A stretch of 64,000 nt of DNA from an uncultured Pseudomonadales bacterium (GTDB taxonomy: Bacteria; Pseudomonadota; Gammaproteobacteria; Pseudomonadales; Pseudohongiellaceae). The notes under the pieces were generated by a model. That model ran no database searches, had not been told where the DNA came from, and worked only from the letters and a program-made list of their open reading frames with translations. The stretch is taken from assembly GCA_905478195.1 (NCBI GenBank), contig CAJQHM010000001.1:126-64125 (forward strand), given 5' to 3'. This document shows, in pieces, positions 39,305-49,272 of this stretch; within the stretch, counting starts at the first letter, position 1, and the number at the start of each line of letters is the position of its first letter. Made by a program: the position numbers and the translations under genes.

Positions 39305-40261
39305 TTACTGATCAAACGATTCCAGTGTAAAGCTACCGGTTGCCTGGTCAGTAAGAACGAAAACCACGTTATTAACTATGCTCACCGCGCCATTTAAATT
39401 TACTTCCAACGCGGGAATTCTAAGGCGCCCGTCTATGGTCGAGTATTCGGCTATGCCATCGAAGCTCTCTTTGCGCGGAATGACACTCTCCGCGTTTGCG
39501 CGAATTACCACATTTGGCGAGGAGCTCACTGCATTAAAATTCATGCTAATCAAATCGGCACCCGAGTCGATACTTACCGAGGTTATTAACAGCCCAGTCG
39601 CCGACTCGAGCACATGGGGTGCAGCACTAAAGCGCTGCATGACTTCAGCATTAATATAGAGAAAGTCTTTCGGGTCATTATATACAGGAGTTATGTAGGG
39701 CGCCTCGGAGGCTTTCACTCCTAGCGAGGCAAAAGGTAAGGCATCGATAGCGTCCACGGTAATCATGCCATCACCCAATACGACGCCAAAGACTGTGAAT
39801 CCGCCATTACTGTCATCCAGTGACGCGCTATTGTCCACCAGATTCACAAACCACTGATTTGTGGCACTGTTTGGATCACCATCGACTTTAGCCATCGCCA
39901 CCGTGCCGCGGGTATTAGATACATTGAATTCATTCTGAATCGGGTCATCGGAGGGCACATCGATAGGGCCTTCGAACGGGCGAAAACGGTACCCGCCTCC
40001 CTGCACTACAAAATTATCGACGGCGCGATGGATATAAGTACCGTTATAGTCGTTACGATTAACGTAATTGAGGAAATTCTGGACTGTGATTGGAGCCTCG
40101 TCATCCAGCAATTCTATGGAATAATCGCCGATACCGGTGCTAATACGGACTATGGTTCCAGCCATAGCGGACGGGACGGGAACGAGCACGAAACACAGAA
40201 CAAGTCGAATTGAGGCACAGCTAAGATTCCTGCCAAGGCTGCGCCAACTAACTACGGTCAT
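39305..40261 (-). CDS. Exported cyclophilin-type peptidyl-prolyl isomerase with C-terminal extension
   Basis: APITVQNFLNY, IHR..NFVVQGGG, GTVAMAK, SATNQWFVNL, FTVFG; start set at ATG 40261 after GGAG. Confidence 0.88.
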   Translation of the reverse strand: MTVVSWRSLGRNLSCASIRLVLCFVLVPVPSAMAGTIVRISTGIGDYSIELLDDEAPITVQNFLNYVNRNDYNGTYIHRAVDNFVVQGGGYRFRPFEGPIDVPSDDPIQNEFNVSNTRGTVAMAKVDGDPNSATNQWFVNLVDNSASLDDSNGGFTVFGVVLGDGMITVDAIDALPFASLGVKASEAPYITPVYNDPKDFLYINAEVMQRFSAAPHVLESATGLLITSVSIDSGADLISMNFNAVSSSPNVVIRANAESVIPRKESFDGIAEYSTIDGRLRIPALEVNLNGAVSIVNNVVFVLTDQATGSFTLESFDQ

Positions 40262-40620
40262 GAATACTCCTAAAACTGCGATATTGCCTTTGTTATACCT
40301 ATCTAACCGAGGCAGCATAGGGTAAGTTCCGATAAGATTCAACTCTCATTCGGACCTTGCTTTTGGTCAAGCTCCTCGCCTCTAAGTAGGTAGGACAAAC
40401 GTCCAGAAGAGTCCGTCTCAGCCCCAATTTCCGGCGTCCGCAGTCGTCCCTCAGGGAAATATTCACTGGCGACCAATAGCCAGAATGTGATCTAATACGC
40501 GACTTTTCACGCAGCTCTATTAATGCAAATGCGCAGCAACATTGCAATTGCACCCAATCACGGATTCGATGCAAAGTTTTTGTCTAATCGTTCAGAAAAA
40601 TCAACAGGTCTGCCCAGCTA

Positions 40621-42141
40621 GTGCCAAATCATCAAAATTCACTCCCCGGCTTCGATGTTCCTAACCAGAATTCTTTTTCATACAACAAAGAAAGCTCGCA
40701 ATCGCATTCTCAACACATCGTTGGCATCGGTATTGATTACGGCACCAGCAATAGCGCGGCTGCGATCTTCGATGGCAGCAGGGTGCACCTCGTTCAACTA
40801 GAACAGCTTTCGGCTATCATGCCATCGGCCACTTATATAGATAGAGACTTCCAGATCAGCACCGGCCAGGCTGCGATCAACAACTACATCCAGAGCAATA
40901 CAGGTCGGAAAGTCGAGCTTAGCGCCGAAATTCTTGGCGAAGCCAGAACCACTACCGGCCAAACCGGTGATAAGGGCCTGCCTGAAGAAGCCAATACCCA
41001 GACTCTATACGGTCAGTCTTTTGTAGACGGCGGTCAACAGGGACGGCTCTTTAGAGGCATTAAACGACTGTTAGGCAGTGCAGATGCCCCACGTCTTATG
41101 GTTTTCGAAAGAGCCTTTCGATTAGTAGCTCTAATCACTCCACTGCTTCTAAGGGTCAGAAAAAGCATAGACTTATTGGTGTCTAAGCAGTTCGCCGACC
41201 GTGTCCCAACTAACCATGCCTGTATTGGCCATCCTGTGAATTTCGAGGGCAGCGCCGACAATCGAAATCATGCGGCACTAGACATGCTATCCGAAGCCTA
41301 TGGATACGCAGAGTTTGTCCAGCAATCCTATTACCCCGAACCCATAGCAGCTGCCCTGAGTTACCTGCACACAAATCAGGAACAGCCCGCACAATCACAG
41401 ATCTTATTAGCTGTGGATTTCGGCGGCGGCACGCTCGACCTCTGCTTGATTCGTCGCGAGCAATCCAACTTTGAAGTCGTGGCGACACATGGAATAGGAT
41501 TGGGTGGCGACCATATCGATCAGGTGTTGTTCAAGAAATTGTTATTTCCCCTTCTCGGCAAGGGTGAACGCTGGAAACGTGCCGGAGAAGATCGCGAAAT
41601 AGAAACCCTGTTTCCGTTTGAGGAATATGAGGATCTGCTTCTGAACTGGGCCATCAGCTACATGCTCAATCAGAACAAGTTTACGACGCCGCTAATGCAG
41701 AGAATCAATGAGAAGGACGAGGCTTCAATAAAATTCCAGCGCCTATACGATATGATCAAGAGCAACTACAGCTACCTTGTATTCCAATGCATCAAAGATT
41801 TAAAGGCCGAGCTTTCCGACAAAGAAACCGCAAAACTGGACATACCCGAACTCGATATCGAGTTTGACGTGAGCCGCGATCAGTTCGAAGTGATGATCGC
41901 CGATCTGCTCGATCGTTTCAGTCAGTCGATATCTGATCTATTGGATAGCGTAGATTTGCGCAGTAACGATATAGACCTAGTCATAAGAACTGGGGGGTCT
42001 TCACTCATACCTGCCGTTAAGCGAATACTAGAAGCCCAGTTCCCAGGCAAGGTCATCGAGCACGATCCTTTCACCAGCGTTGCTGCGGGCCTAGCCATAG
42101 CAGACTTTCAAGGACTAGGACAAAAAAAGGAAGATACCTAG
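40621..42141 (+). CDS. Hsp70-family protein (YegD-like)
   Basis: GIDYGTSNS, EPIAAA, DFGGGTLD, TGGSS, SVAAGL; no DnaK substrate-binding domain. Confidence 0.85.
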   Translation: MPNHQNSLPGFDVPNQNSFSYNKESSQSHSQHIVGIGIDYGTSNSAAAIFDGSRVHLVQLEQLSAIMPSATYIDRDFQISTGQAAINNYIQSNTGRKVELSAEILGEARTTTGQTGDKGLPEEANTQTLYGQSFVDGGQQGRLFRGIKRLLGSADAPRLMVFERAFRLVALITPLLLRVRKSIDLLVSKQFADRVPTNHACIGHPVNFEGSADNRNHAALDMLSEAYGYAEFVQQSYYPEPIAAALSYLHTNQEQPAQSQILLAVDFGGGTLDLCLIRREQSNFEVVATHGIGLGGDHIDQVLFKKLLFPLLGKGERWKRAGEDREIETLFPFEEYEDLLLNWAISYMLNQNKFTTPLMQRINEKDEASIKFQRLYDMIKSNYSYLVFQCIKDLKAELSDKETAKLDIPELDIEFDVSRDQFEVMIADLLDRFSQSISDLLDSVDLRSNDIDLVIRTGGSSLIPAVKRILEAQFPGKVIEHDPFTSVAAGLAIADFQGLGQKKEDT

Positions 42142-42175
42142 CGACGAAGCTGAGCAATGAGAGGCCCGACTAGCC

Positions 42176-42739
42176 TTAGAGTTCGACGCGCAGCGACTCT
42201 ATAGAGTCAGAGAATGACATGGAGAGAATTTGTCCCTCTTTCTCAACATTCACCAAGTTCACCTGATCCGGCCACACATCTCGAAGCGCCACATTCACAA
42301 CACTCAGCGCTTTCACATCATCTAGCTGTTCGGCCTCCTGATAGACCCAGAGAAACTGGCCATCTATCTCTGCGCCCACATAGTTCAGGCTCAGCTCATT
42401 ACTCTTGCCGAGGGAATCCTCGGCGGTAACTGCAAAGCGATTCATTACGTAATTACTAAACAGTTCCCGCGAGGCATCTGATTCCATTAGATTCTGCGAC
42501 TCACCAAACACTACGCCCGCTGCATGCTCAGCATCGTGAATGAAAAATCTGTGCATGATTTCAATATTGCCCGTATTCGCATTGAACAGAATACGAGTAA
42601 CGGCCATTTTTTGCTGATGGGCAGCGCTGTAAGCTGATAGCAGACTAAGGAAAACAAACAGAAGACCAAGAGCAAACGCTCTTGGTCTATCTCGCAAAGA
42701 TAACTGGCTCTGTTTAGTCTTCAGGCTCATCATCTTCAT
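42176..42739 (-). CDS. Exported hypothetical protein (DUF6702-like), start uncertain
   Basis: Signal peptide then AHQQK, HRFFIHDAE, QVNLVN; follows the M1 peptidase. Confidence 0.6.
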   Translation of the reverse strand: MKMMSLKTKQSQLSLRDRPRAFALGLLFVFLSLLSAYSAAHQQKMAVTRILFNANTGNIEIMHRFFIHDAEHAAGVVFGESQNLMESDASRELFSNYVMNRFAVTAEDSLGKSNELSLNYVGAEIDGQFLWVYQEAEQLDDVKALSVVNVALRDVWPDQVNLVNVEKEGQILSMSFSDSIESLRVEL

Positions 42740-45143
42740 CAGTCTTAAGCTCTGTCTTAATATCTTGCATGATATCTCTACCGATCAGGCTACCACCACC
42801 TTCAGATTTAAAACTTTCTATGCGCGAAGGAATTATTCGGCGCGGATAGTAGTTATTCTCAATATCCGCGTCGGCAGTTTCCTGCATGGGGTCGATAACA
42901 ATACTGAGCAATTCCTTCTCACTCACCATTAGTTTCTTAACCTGGCGCGCATTTCTTCGCCATATCTCGGCTGGCAGACGCACCTCTTCCTTACTCCCGT
43001 CGGCATATTCCATTTCCAAAATTACCGGCATTACCAAACCACCGGCATTGGAGAACTCGAAGATATAGTAGTTCAGGTCTTGTGAGACTGCGCGTTCGAG
43101 AACAGCACGCTCCCAGTCTTCAAGGCCCTCCAGGAAACTGTTATAGCTATTGCGCTCCTTGTTTGTGACCGTGAATTGATCGTTGTCGTCGTAGAAGTCA
43201 CGAACATCTGCATTACGCTCAACCCAGGTCAACCTGCCTTCCTCACGATTTCTCTCGATGTAGACGGAGGGCGGCAAGGCTTTCTCGATCTCACGCTGAC
43301 GAGAATAATCAATATCTGGATTCTCCGTATCCATGCGCATCTGGTAGACACGATCGAGGGAGATATCCACATGATCGGTCGTGTAGAACCAGCCACGCCA
43401 GAACCAGTCTAAATCTATACCAGACGCCTCTTCCATAGTTCGAAAGAAGTCCGCCGGTGTAGGTCGCTTGAACTCCCATTGACGCGAGTATTCTTTAAAT
43501 GCGAAATCGAAAAGCTCACGCCCCATAATTGTTTCGCGCAGAATATTGATTGCAGTAGCTGGCTTCGCATAGGCGTTGGGCCCCAAGCGCAGCACGCTGT
43601 CAGACTGCGTCATGATAGGAACCTGATTCTGTGAAACCATATAATCGACAATATATCTTGGCTCAACACCCCAGGGTATCTCCGCATCCCATTCCCGCCC
43701 TGCAACCGAATCAAGATAGCTGTTGATACCCTCATCCATCCAGGTCCATTGACGCTCGTCAGAGTTTACTATCATGGGGAAATAGAAGTGCCCCACCTCA
43801 TGAATCACCACCCCTATCAGAAAACGCTTTTCCGCCAGGGAATAGGTACGACTGCCATCGTCCTGCAGCGTGGTTCGCGGGCCGTTAAATGTGATCATCG
43901 GATATTCCATACCACCGACAAAACCTGCATTCAATGAAATGGCCGTAGGGTAAGGGAAATCGAATGAGAAACGGCTGTACACTTCCAGCGTATGAATGAC
44001 AACTTCAGTAGACAGATCTGACCACAGTGTGCCGCCTTCCTTAGGATAGTAGGACATCGCCATTACCAGCTCTTGCTCGGCACCTTCCTGACGATACCCC
44101 TTGGCATCCCAAATAAATTTTCTTGAAGAACCCCAGGCGAAGTCACGAACGTTTTCCGCGGCGAAGCGCCATGTCTTCGTATCGCTCACCCCTTCTCTCT
44201 CGTTCTCTAGAGCTTCTTCGGGCGTAACGATGAATACCGGACGTGCGGCCGTCTCCGCTTCCTGCAGACGATCGCGCTGAACTCGGGTTAACACCTGGTT
44301 CGCATTCTGCAGCTCGCCAGTAGCGGCCACGACGTGATCCGAAGGAACGGTCAGTGAAACTTCGTAGTCACCAAACTCCAGAGTAAACTCACCTGAACCT
44401 AGGAATTCCTTATTAGTCCAACCCTCGTAGTCAGTGTAGGCAACCAGGCGCGGGAACCATTGGGAAATCGCAAACAGATAATTACCGTCCTCATTCTCGT
44501 CATCCGGAAAATACTCGTAACCACCGCGAGGCCGAAGCACATCACCATTGACGATGTGATAGGCATAGTCTATTTCAAATTCGATGTCTTGACCCGGGCT
44601 TAAGGGACGCGCCAGATCTATACGCATTAGCGTACCGACTATCGTATGGGGCAGATCATTGCCCGAACTATCACGGACAGAGTTTATTTCGTAGCCGTGG
44701 TCCACGTCTTCCATGTATTGGATACTGCGTAGCTGGCCCAGGCTTAGGCGGGCTGGCGAATCCGAGTCCGGGCTACTCCCATTAAAGGTAGAGCTCATAT
44801 TGCCAATGGAGTCATTGCGAAAACGGTTCTGATCTAGCTGCAACCAGAGATAGCCCAGGGTGTCTGGAGAGTTGTTCTGATAACTAATGGTTTCGGTGCC
44901 GGAGATTCGCTGCGACTCCTCATCCAGAGCGACATCGATCTCGTAATCGACTTCCTGCTGCCAATACTGATGGCCCGGCTGGCCAGAGGCGTTTCTATAA
45001 ACATTCGGAGTCGGTAAAACTTCGTCCAGCTGACGAAACTTGTCTTGAAACGATCCCTTGGTTTGTTGAATGCCTTGTGCGAAAACTAAGGAATTACTGA
45101 GTAACACGGTAATCGCAGCTGCTAGCAAGACGATTCTCTTCAT
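42714..45143 (-). CDS. Secreted M1 family metallo-aminopeptidase
   Basis: Signal peptide, GGMEYP, HEVGH...WMDEG (HEXXH-18-E). Confidence 0.92.
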   Translation of the reverse strand: MKRIVLLAAAITVLLSNSLVFAQGIQQTKGSFQDKFRQLDEVLPTPNVYRNASGQPGHQYWQQEVDYEIDVALDEESQRISGTETISYQNNSPDTLGYLWLQLDQNRFRNDSIGNMSSTFNGSSPDSDSPARLSLGQLRSIQYMEDVDHGYEINSVRDSSGNDLPHTIVGTLMRIDLARPLSPGQDIEFEIDYAYHIVNGDVLRPRGGYEYFPDDENEDGNYLFAISQWFPRLVAYTDYEGWTNKEFLGSGEFTLEFGDYEVSLTVPSDHVVAATGELQNANQVLTRVQRDRLQEAETAARPVFIVTPEEALENEREGVSDTKTWRFAAENVRDFAWGSSRKFIWDAKGYRQEGAEQELVMAMSYYPKEGGTLWSDLSTEVVIHTLEVYSRFSFDFPYPTAISLNAGFVGGMEYPMITFNGPRTTLQDDGSRTYSLAEKRFLIGVVIHEVGHFYFPMIVNSDERQWTWMDEGINSYLDSVAGREWDAEIPWGVEPRYIVDYMVSQNQVPIMTQSDSVLRLGPNAYAKPATAINILRETIMGRELFDFAFKEYSRQWEFKRPTPADFFRTMEEASGIDLDWFWRGWFYTTDHVDISLDRVYQMRMDTENPDIDYSRQREIEKALPPSVYIERNREEGRLTWVERNADVRDFYDDNDQFTVTNKERNSYNSFLEGLEDWERAVLERAVSQDLNYYIFEFSNAGGLVMPVILEMEYADGSKEEVRLPAEIWRRNARQVKKLMVSEKELLSIVIDPMQETADADIENNYYPRRIIPSRIESFKSEGGGSLIGRDIMQDIKTELKTDEDDEPED

Positions 45144-45303
45144 AAAGACCGATCTCCTGAATTATGCTTTTCCTAGGCCTGTGCTAGGGAGGTATATGCA
45201 AAGTGGGTTTGAGCTAGGCTGTGGCTGCGAATAATACCGCGTTTTGCAGAAATTGTAGCCATCCATTTAATATCCAGCCCTATTCTAAGGTAGACTAAAG
45301 CCC

Positions 45304-46524
45304 ATGGACCTCATTCTGGCAGCCATTCCGTTTTTCTTTCTGCTAATTTTCATCGAGTTAGCCTATGGGGTCGTGCGCGGCAAAAACACCTACAGACTCA
45401 ACGATAGCATTAACAGCATCTCTATGGGCAGTCTAAGCCGCCTGCAAGGCCTTGTTATTCTTGGCTTTTCGGGAACGATCTACGAAATTATAGTTGCCAG
45501 ATATCAACTCGCACAGCTGCCGGATCAAGCACTCTGGGTTTGGATCAGTTGTTTCCTGCTGTATGACTTTGCCTACTACTGGAAGCATCGCCTGGGTCAT
45601 GAAGTGGCCTTATTCTGGGGCTCCCATGTCGCACATCACCAAAGCGAAGACTTCAACCTGAGCACAGCGCTGCGTCAAACCAGCATCGATTTCTATGGCT
45701 TTCTGTTCTACCTGCCTTTTTTCTTCCTAGGTTTTCCAGCGGAAATTCTATTCACCGTCGTGAGTCTGAATTTAATCTATCAGTTCTGGGTGCATACCGA
45801 GCATGTCCCCAAGCTCGGTCCCTTTGAATGGGTATTCGTTTCGCCCTCGAATCATAGAGTTCATCATGGCCGCAACAAGATCTATGTAGACAAAAACTAC
45901 GGCGGCGTCTTCATTCTTTGGGATAGGATTTTTGGGAGCTTCCAGGAGGAACTGGCAGAAGAGCCGGTTGCCTTCGGTTTACGCAAACCGTTGAATAGCT
46001 GGAACCCCGTGTGGGCAAATGTACACGTTTACTGGCGTCTCATTCTGGACTTCTACGCCATGCCCGGGGCACTCAATAAGCTAAAACTACTAGTCAAGCG
46101 GCCGGGATGGCGTGCAGACACACAGCAGAGTCATTGCAAACTCGAGGGCATGCCGGTCGACCTTACTCAGAAATTCGATCCGGAAATCTCCCGCTTCAGC
46201 CAGGTCTATACGGCAATCCAGTTCACGCTCACCGTTGCACTCAGCCTTGCAGTTTTACTCAGCGCAGGATCTCTCAATTACTTGCTGCTAAGCACAGTCG
46301 TAACGTATCTTTTCTTCTCGTTCTTCGTACATGGATCTTTTCTAGAGGGACGAGAGTTTGCACTGACCTTGGAAATAGTCAGGTTGGTATTTCTATTGCC
46401 CTTTCTGCTGTTGCTTGATCTAGGCCCGGTAATGACGGCACTACTGATTGGCAATTCGGCGCTAGCGCTACCCCTGCTTCTTATCGCAGGCTCTAAGCGC
46501 ACTCAAAGTCTTGCATTGAACTAG
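45304..46524 (+). CDS. Sterol desaturase / fatty acid hydroxylase family (alkylglycerol monooxygenase-like)
   Basis: His boxes HRLGH, HVAHH, WVH, HRVHH; NYGG...WDRIFGSF. Confidence 0.88.
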   Translation: MDLILAAIPFFFLLIFIELAYGVVRGKNTYRLNDSINSISMGSLSRLQGLVILGFSGTIYEIIVARYQLAQLPDQALWVWISCFLLYDFAYYWKHRLGHEVALFWGSHVAHHQSEDFNLSTALRQTSIDFYGFLFYLPFFFLGFPAEILFTVVSLNLIYQFWVHTEHVPKLGPFEWVFVSPSNHRVHHGRNKIYVDKNYGGVFILWDRIFGSFQEELAEEPVAFGLRKPLNSWNPVWANVHVYWRLILDFYAMPGALNKLKLLVKRPGWRADTQQSHCKLEGMPVDLTQKFDPEISRFSQVYTAIQFTLTVALSLAVLLSAGSLNYLLLSTVVTYLFFSFFVHGSFLEGREFALTLEIVRLVFLLPFLLLLDLGPVMTALLIGNSALALPLLLIAGSKRTQSLALN

Positions 46525-47261
46525 ATCGGATTGAGAGGAAACTCAAGAAGCAACTCTCCTGTTTCCGGGTCGCGCAGCTCAAATTGGGCTTGGGTCGCTG
46601 TGCGCAGGGCATCGGTAAAATTGGACCCGTTGTCGAGATTACTGATGATGAAAGCAACGCGCGTGGTAATGCTGCTGGCCGGAGGTATCTGCAAGGGAAT
46701 AAACCCATAGCCATCAGATTCACTCAACATGCCCTGCACCGTAGATTCGACGCTAAGGCTTGAGCCCGGGATACGAGTTCTCACCGCTCTAAACAAGGCC
46801 GCCTCACCGTTGGCGTCCGTCATTCTCATAAACACATTAACCTGCTTGGTAAACAGCTCAAGATTGCTAACCCGCAGAGCTGGCGTATAGATCGGGTAGC
46901 TAAACCCCACCTCGATAATTCCATTACTTGAGCTATCGGTAATCATTTCACTAGTTACCTGCTCTGCACTAATTCCCACTCCTGCTTGCTGGGGCAGTAG
47001 AACAAAATAGTAGACCAGAACCGGCACAATAGCTGGCATGCAGACAGCGGCGGCATAGATGCCGGGCTTGTCCAAAAACAGAGGATTGAAGGGGTAGACC
47101 GCAATGAGTGCCGCAATGATCGCTAGTGACAGGAGCGCGGCGCGAATGAATAGGGGCTCACTGCCAATTAGCGCAGGATTCTGCGCAATAAACACAACTA
47201 TTGCCACAGCAACGAGAAGCGCTGCAATGCAGATTATTATTCTTCTTATGTTGGTATTCAT
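46521..47261 (-). CDS. Hypothetical membrane protein (3 N-terminal TM helices plus soluble domain)
   Basis: 246-aa ORF co-oriented downstream of lipA; no family recognised. Confidence 0.7.
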   Translation of the reverse strand: MNTNIRRIIICIAALLVAVAIVVFIAQNPALIGSEPLFIRAALLSLAIIAALIAVYPFNPLFLDKPGIYAAAVCMPAIVPVLVYYFVLLPQQAGVGISAEQVTSEMITDSSSNGIIEVGFSYPIYTPALRVSNLELFTKQVNVFMRMTDANGEAALFRAVRTRIPGSSLSVESTVQGMLSESDGYGFIPLQIPPASSITTRVAFIISNLDNGSNFTDALRTATQAQFELRDPETGELLLEFPLNPI

Positions 47262-47298
47262 AACTGCCTAAGAGCAATACTGAACGGCGCTGACGAAT

Positions 47299-48261
47299 CT
47301 AAATTTGCTCGCCGTGAGCCTGTTTATCCGCATGATAAGAAGATCTTACCAAAGGTCCACTGGCCACATGTTTAAACCCCAGGCTCTCACCATAGACGCG
47401 CAGCTCTTCGAATTCATCGGGATGGACGAAGCGCTCTACCTTAAGATGGTCTCTAGATGGCTGCAGGTACTGACCGAGAGTTACCATGTCAATGTTGTGC
47501 TCATAAAGATCGACCATGACTTGTTTCACTTCATCTAAAGTCTCGCCCAGCCCTAGCATCAAGCCAGACTTCGTTGTTACCTCTGGCTTCAGCGCTTTAT
47601 ATCTCTTAAGCAGTTCTAGCGACCAGGCATAATCTGCTCCCGGCCTGGCCTGCTTATATAATCTGGGTACGGTTTCAAGATTATGATTGAATACGTCAGG
47701 CGGACTGTCTTTGAGGATATCCAGTGCAATTTCCATCCTGCCACGAAAATCAGGCACTAGCACCTCAACCTTGATTTCAGGGTTTAATCTGCGTGTCTCG
47801 CTTATGCAATTAGCGAAATGCTGCGCCCCACTGTCTTTCAGGTCATCACGGTCTACCGAGGTGATCACCACATAACTCAGACCCATCTCACTGATGGCTG
47901 CAGCGAGTTCTGTCGGTTCATTCTCATACAGAGGCTTGGGTTTTCCATGAGCCACGTCGCAAAATGGGCAACGCCGAGTGCAGATGTCTCCCATAATCAT
48001 AAATGTCGCGGTGCCGTTACTAAAACATTCCCCAAGATTTGGACAGGAGGCTTCTTCACAGACCGATGCCAGTTTGTGCTCTCTTAGCTTCTGTTTAATG
48101 TGGTTTATTTTAGATGAGGCTGGGATTTTTACACGAATCCAATCTGGCTTAGTGAGAAGCTCAGTAGTCGGTATCACCTTCACCGGGATGCGACGAACTT
48201 TGTCAGCGCCTCGAAGCTTCTCACCTTCAACTAAAACGTTTCTTCGCTCTCTGTCAGCCAT
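47299..48261 (-). CDS. lipA: Lipoyl synthase
   Basis: [24 protein letters not shown]. Confidence 0.97.
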   Translation of the reverse strand: MADRERRNVLVEGEKLRGADKVRRIPVKVIPTTELLTKPDWIRVKIPASSKINHIKQKLREHKLASVCEEASCPNLGECFSNGTATFMIMGDICTRRCPFCDVAHGKPKPLYENEPTELAAAISEMGLSYVVITSVDRDDLKDSGAQHFANCISETRRLNPEIKVEVLVPDFRGRMEIALDILKDSPPDVFNHNLETVPRLYKQARPGADYAWSLELLKRYKALKPEVTTKSGLMLGLGETLDEVKQVMVDLYEHNIDMVTLGQYLQPSRDHLKVERFVHPDEFEELRVYGESLGFKHVASGPLVRSSYHADKQAHGEQI

Positions 48262-48277
48262 GTAGATAAATTCCCAC

Positions 48278-48976
48278 TCAATCGGATTCGTTGTATTCGA
48301 GATAGCCTAGCGCATTTAATAATTTGTTGCTGAGCACCCTGCTCACCCTCTGCATTAACATCTCAGTATCAGACACATAATCGGCAATCTGTGTAACCGC
48401 TAGGTTTTCAAAACCGCAGGGATTGATACGCGAAAATGGCTCCAAGTCCATCTGCACATTGAGGCTAAGCCCGTGATAGCTCCAGCCTCTGCGTATACGC
48501 AAACCCAAGGCAGCTATTTTAGCATCATTAACATAGACACCGGGAGCCTTCGCTTTGCCACTCGCCGCTATTCCAAATTCCTGCAAAGTCTGAATGATCG
48601 CCAGCTCAATGAGGTCAACGAGATCGCGCACGCCCATATTCCGGCGCCTGACATTCAGTAGCAGGTACACAACCAACTGGCCTGGGCCATGATAGGTTAC
48701 CTGACCACCTCGATCTATTTGAACTACGGGAATGGGAGCCGGATTTAAGACATGTTCAGCCTTTCCTGCCTGGCCCTGAGTAAAAACCGGCTTGTGACTC
48801 AGCAACCAGACTTCGTCAGCGCGATCCTTAGCAGCCTGCTCCACCAGATAACGCATAGACTTCCAGATAGGCTGATATTCTTGCAAACCCAGCCTGCGAA
48901 CGACTAAGGGTGGCTGCGCCTTATCTTCGCCCGACTTGGTTTCGGCTTTGAAGTGCTTATAGTCAGAGAGCAGCAC
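48278..48976 (-). CDS. lipB: Octanoyltransferase
   Basis: [29 protein letters not shown]. Confidence 0.96.
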   Translation of the reverse strand: MLLSDYKHFKAETKSGEDKAQPPLVVRRLGLQEYQPIWKSMRYLVEQAAKDRADEVWLLSHKPVFTQGQAGKAEHVLNPAPIPVVQIDRGGQVTYHGPGQLVVYLLLNVRRRNMGVRDLVDLIELAIIQTLQEFGIAASGKAKAPGVYVNDAKIAALGLRIRRGWSYHGLSLNVQMDLEPFSRINPCGFENLAVTQIADYVSDTEMLMQRVSRVLSNKLLNALGYLEYNESD

Positions 48977-48977
48977 C

Positions 48978-49268
48978 CTATAGGACCATCTTCACACTTT
49001 CGATGGTTTTGAGGTCATTGAAGATGTTTTGCAGCTGATCTACGCCGGTAGCGGCGATCGTGATTCTTACAGAGACATACGTGCTTTTCTTACTGGGCTG
49101 TAATTCTATGAGATCTTCGGAGATCTTGCCGGTGTGCTTCTCAACTGTGGTAACAACTTCTTTATGAAATTCGATACTCGCCACACCAATAATTTTAATT
49201 GGGTATAGGCAAGGGAACTCTATTTTTGGCGCTTCTTGCTCTTCAGGTACATCTGGCTCTTGTGACAT
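48978..49268 (-). CDS. ybeD: DUF493/YbeD family protein
   Basis: IEFPCLYPIKIIG ... YVSV ... VKMVL; start set at ATG of MSQEPD. Confidence 0.88.
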   Translation of the reverse strand: MSQEPDVPEEQEAPKIEFPCLYPIKIIGVASIEFHKEVVTTVEKHTGKISEDLIELQPSKKSTYVSVRITIAATGVDQLQNIFNDLKTIESVKMVL

Positions 49269-49272
49269 ATGA

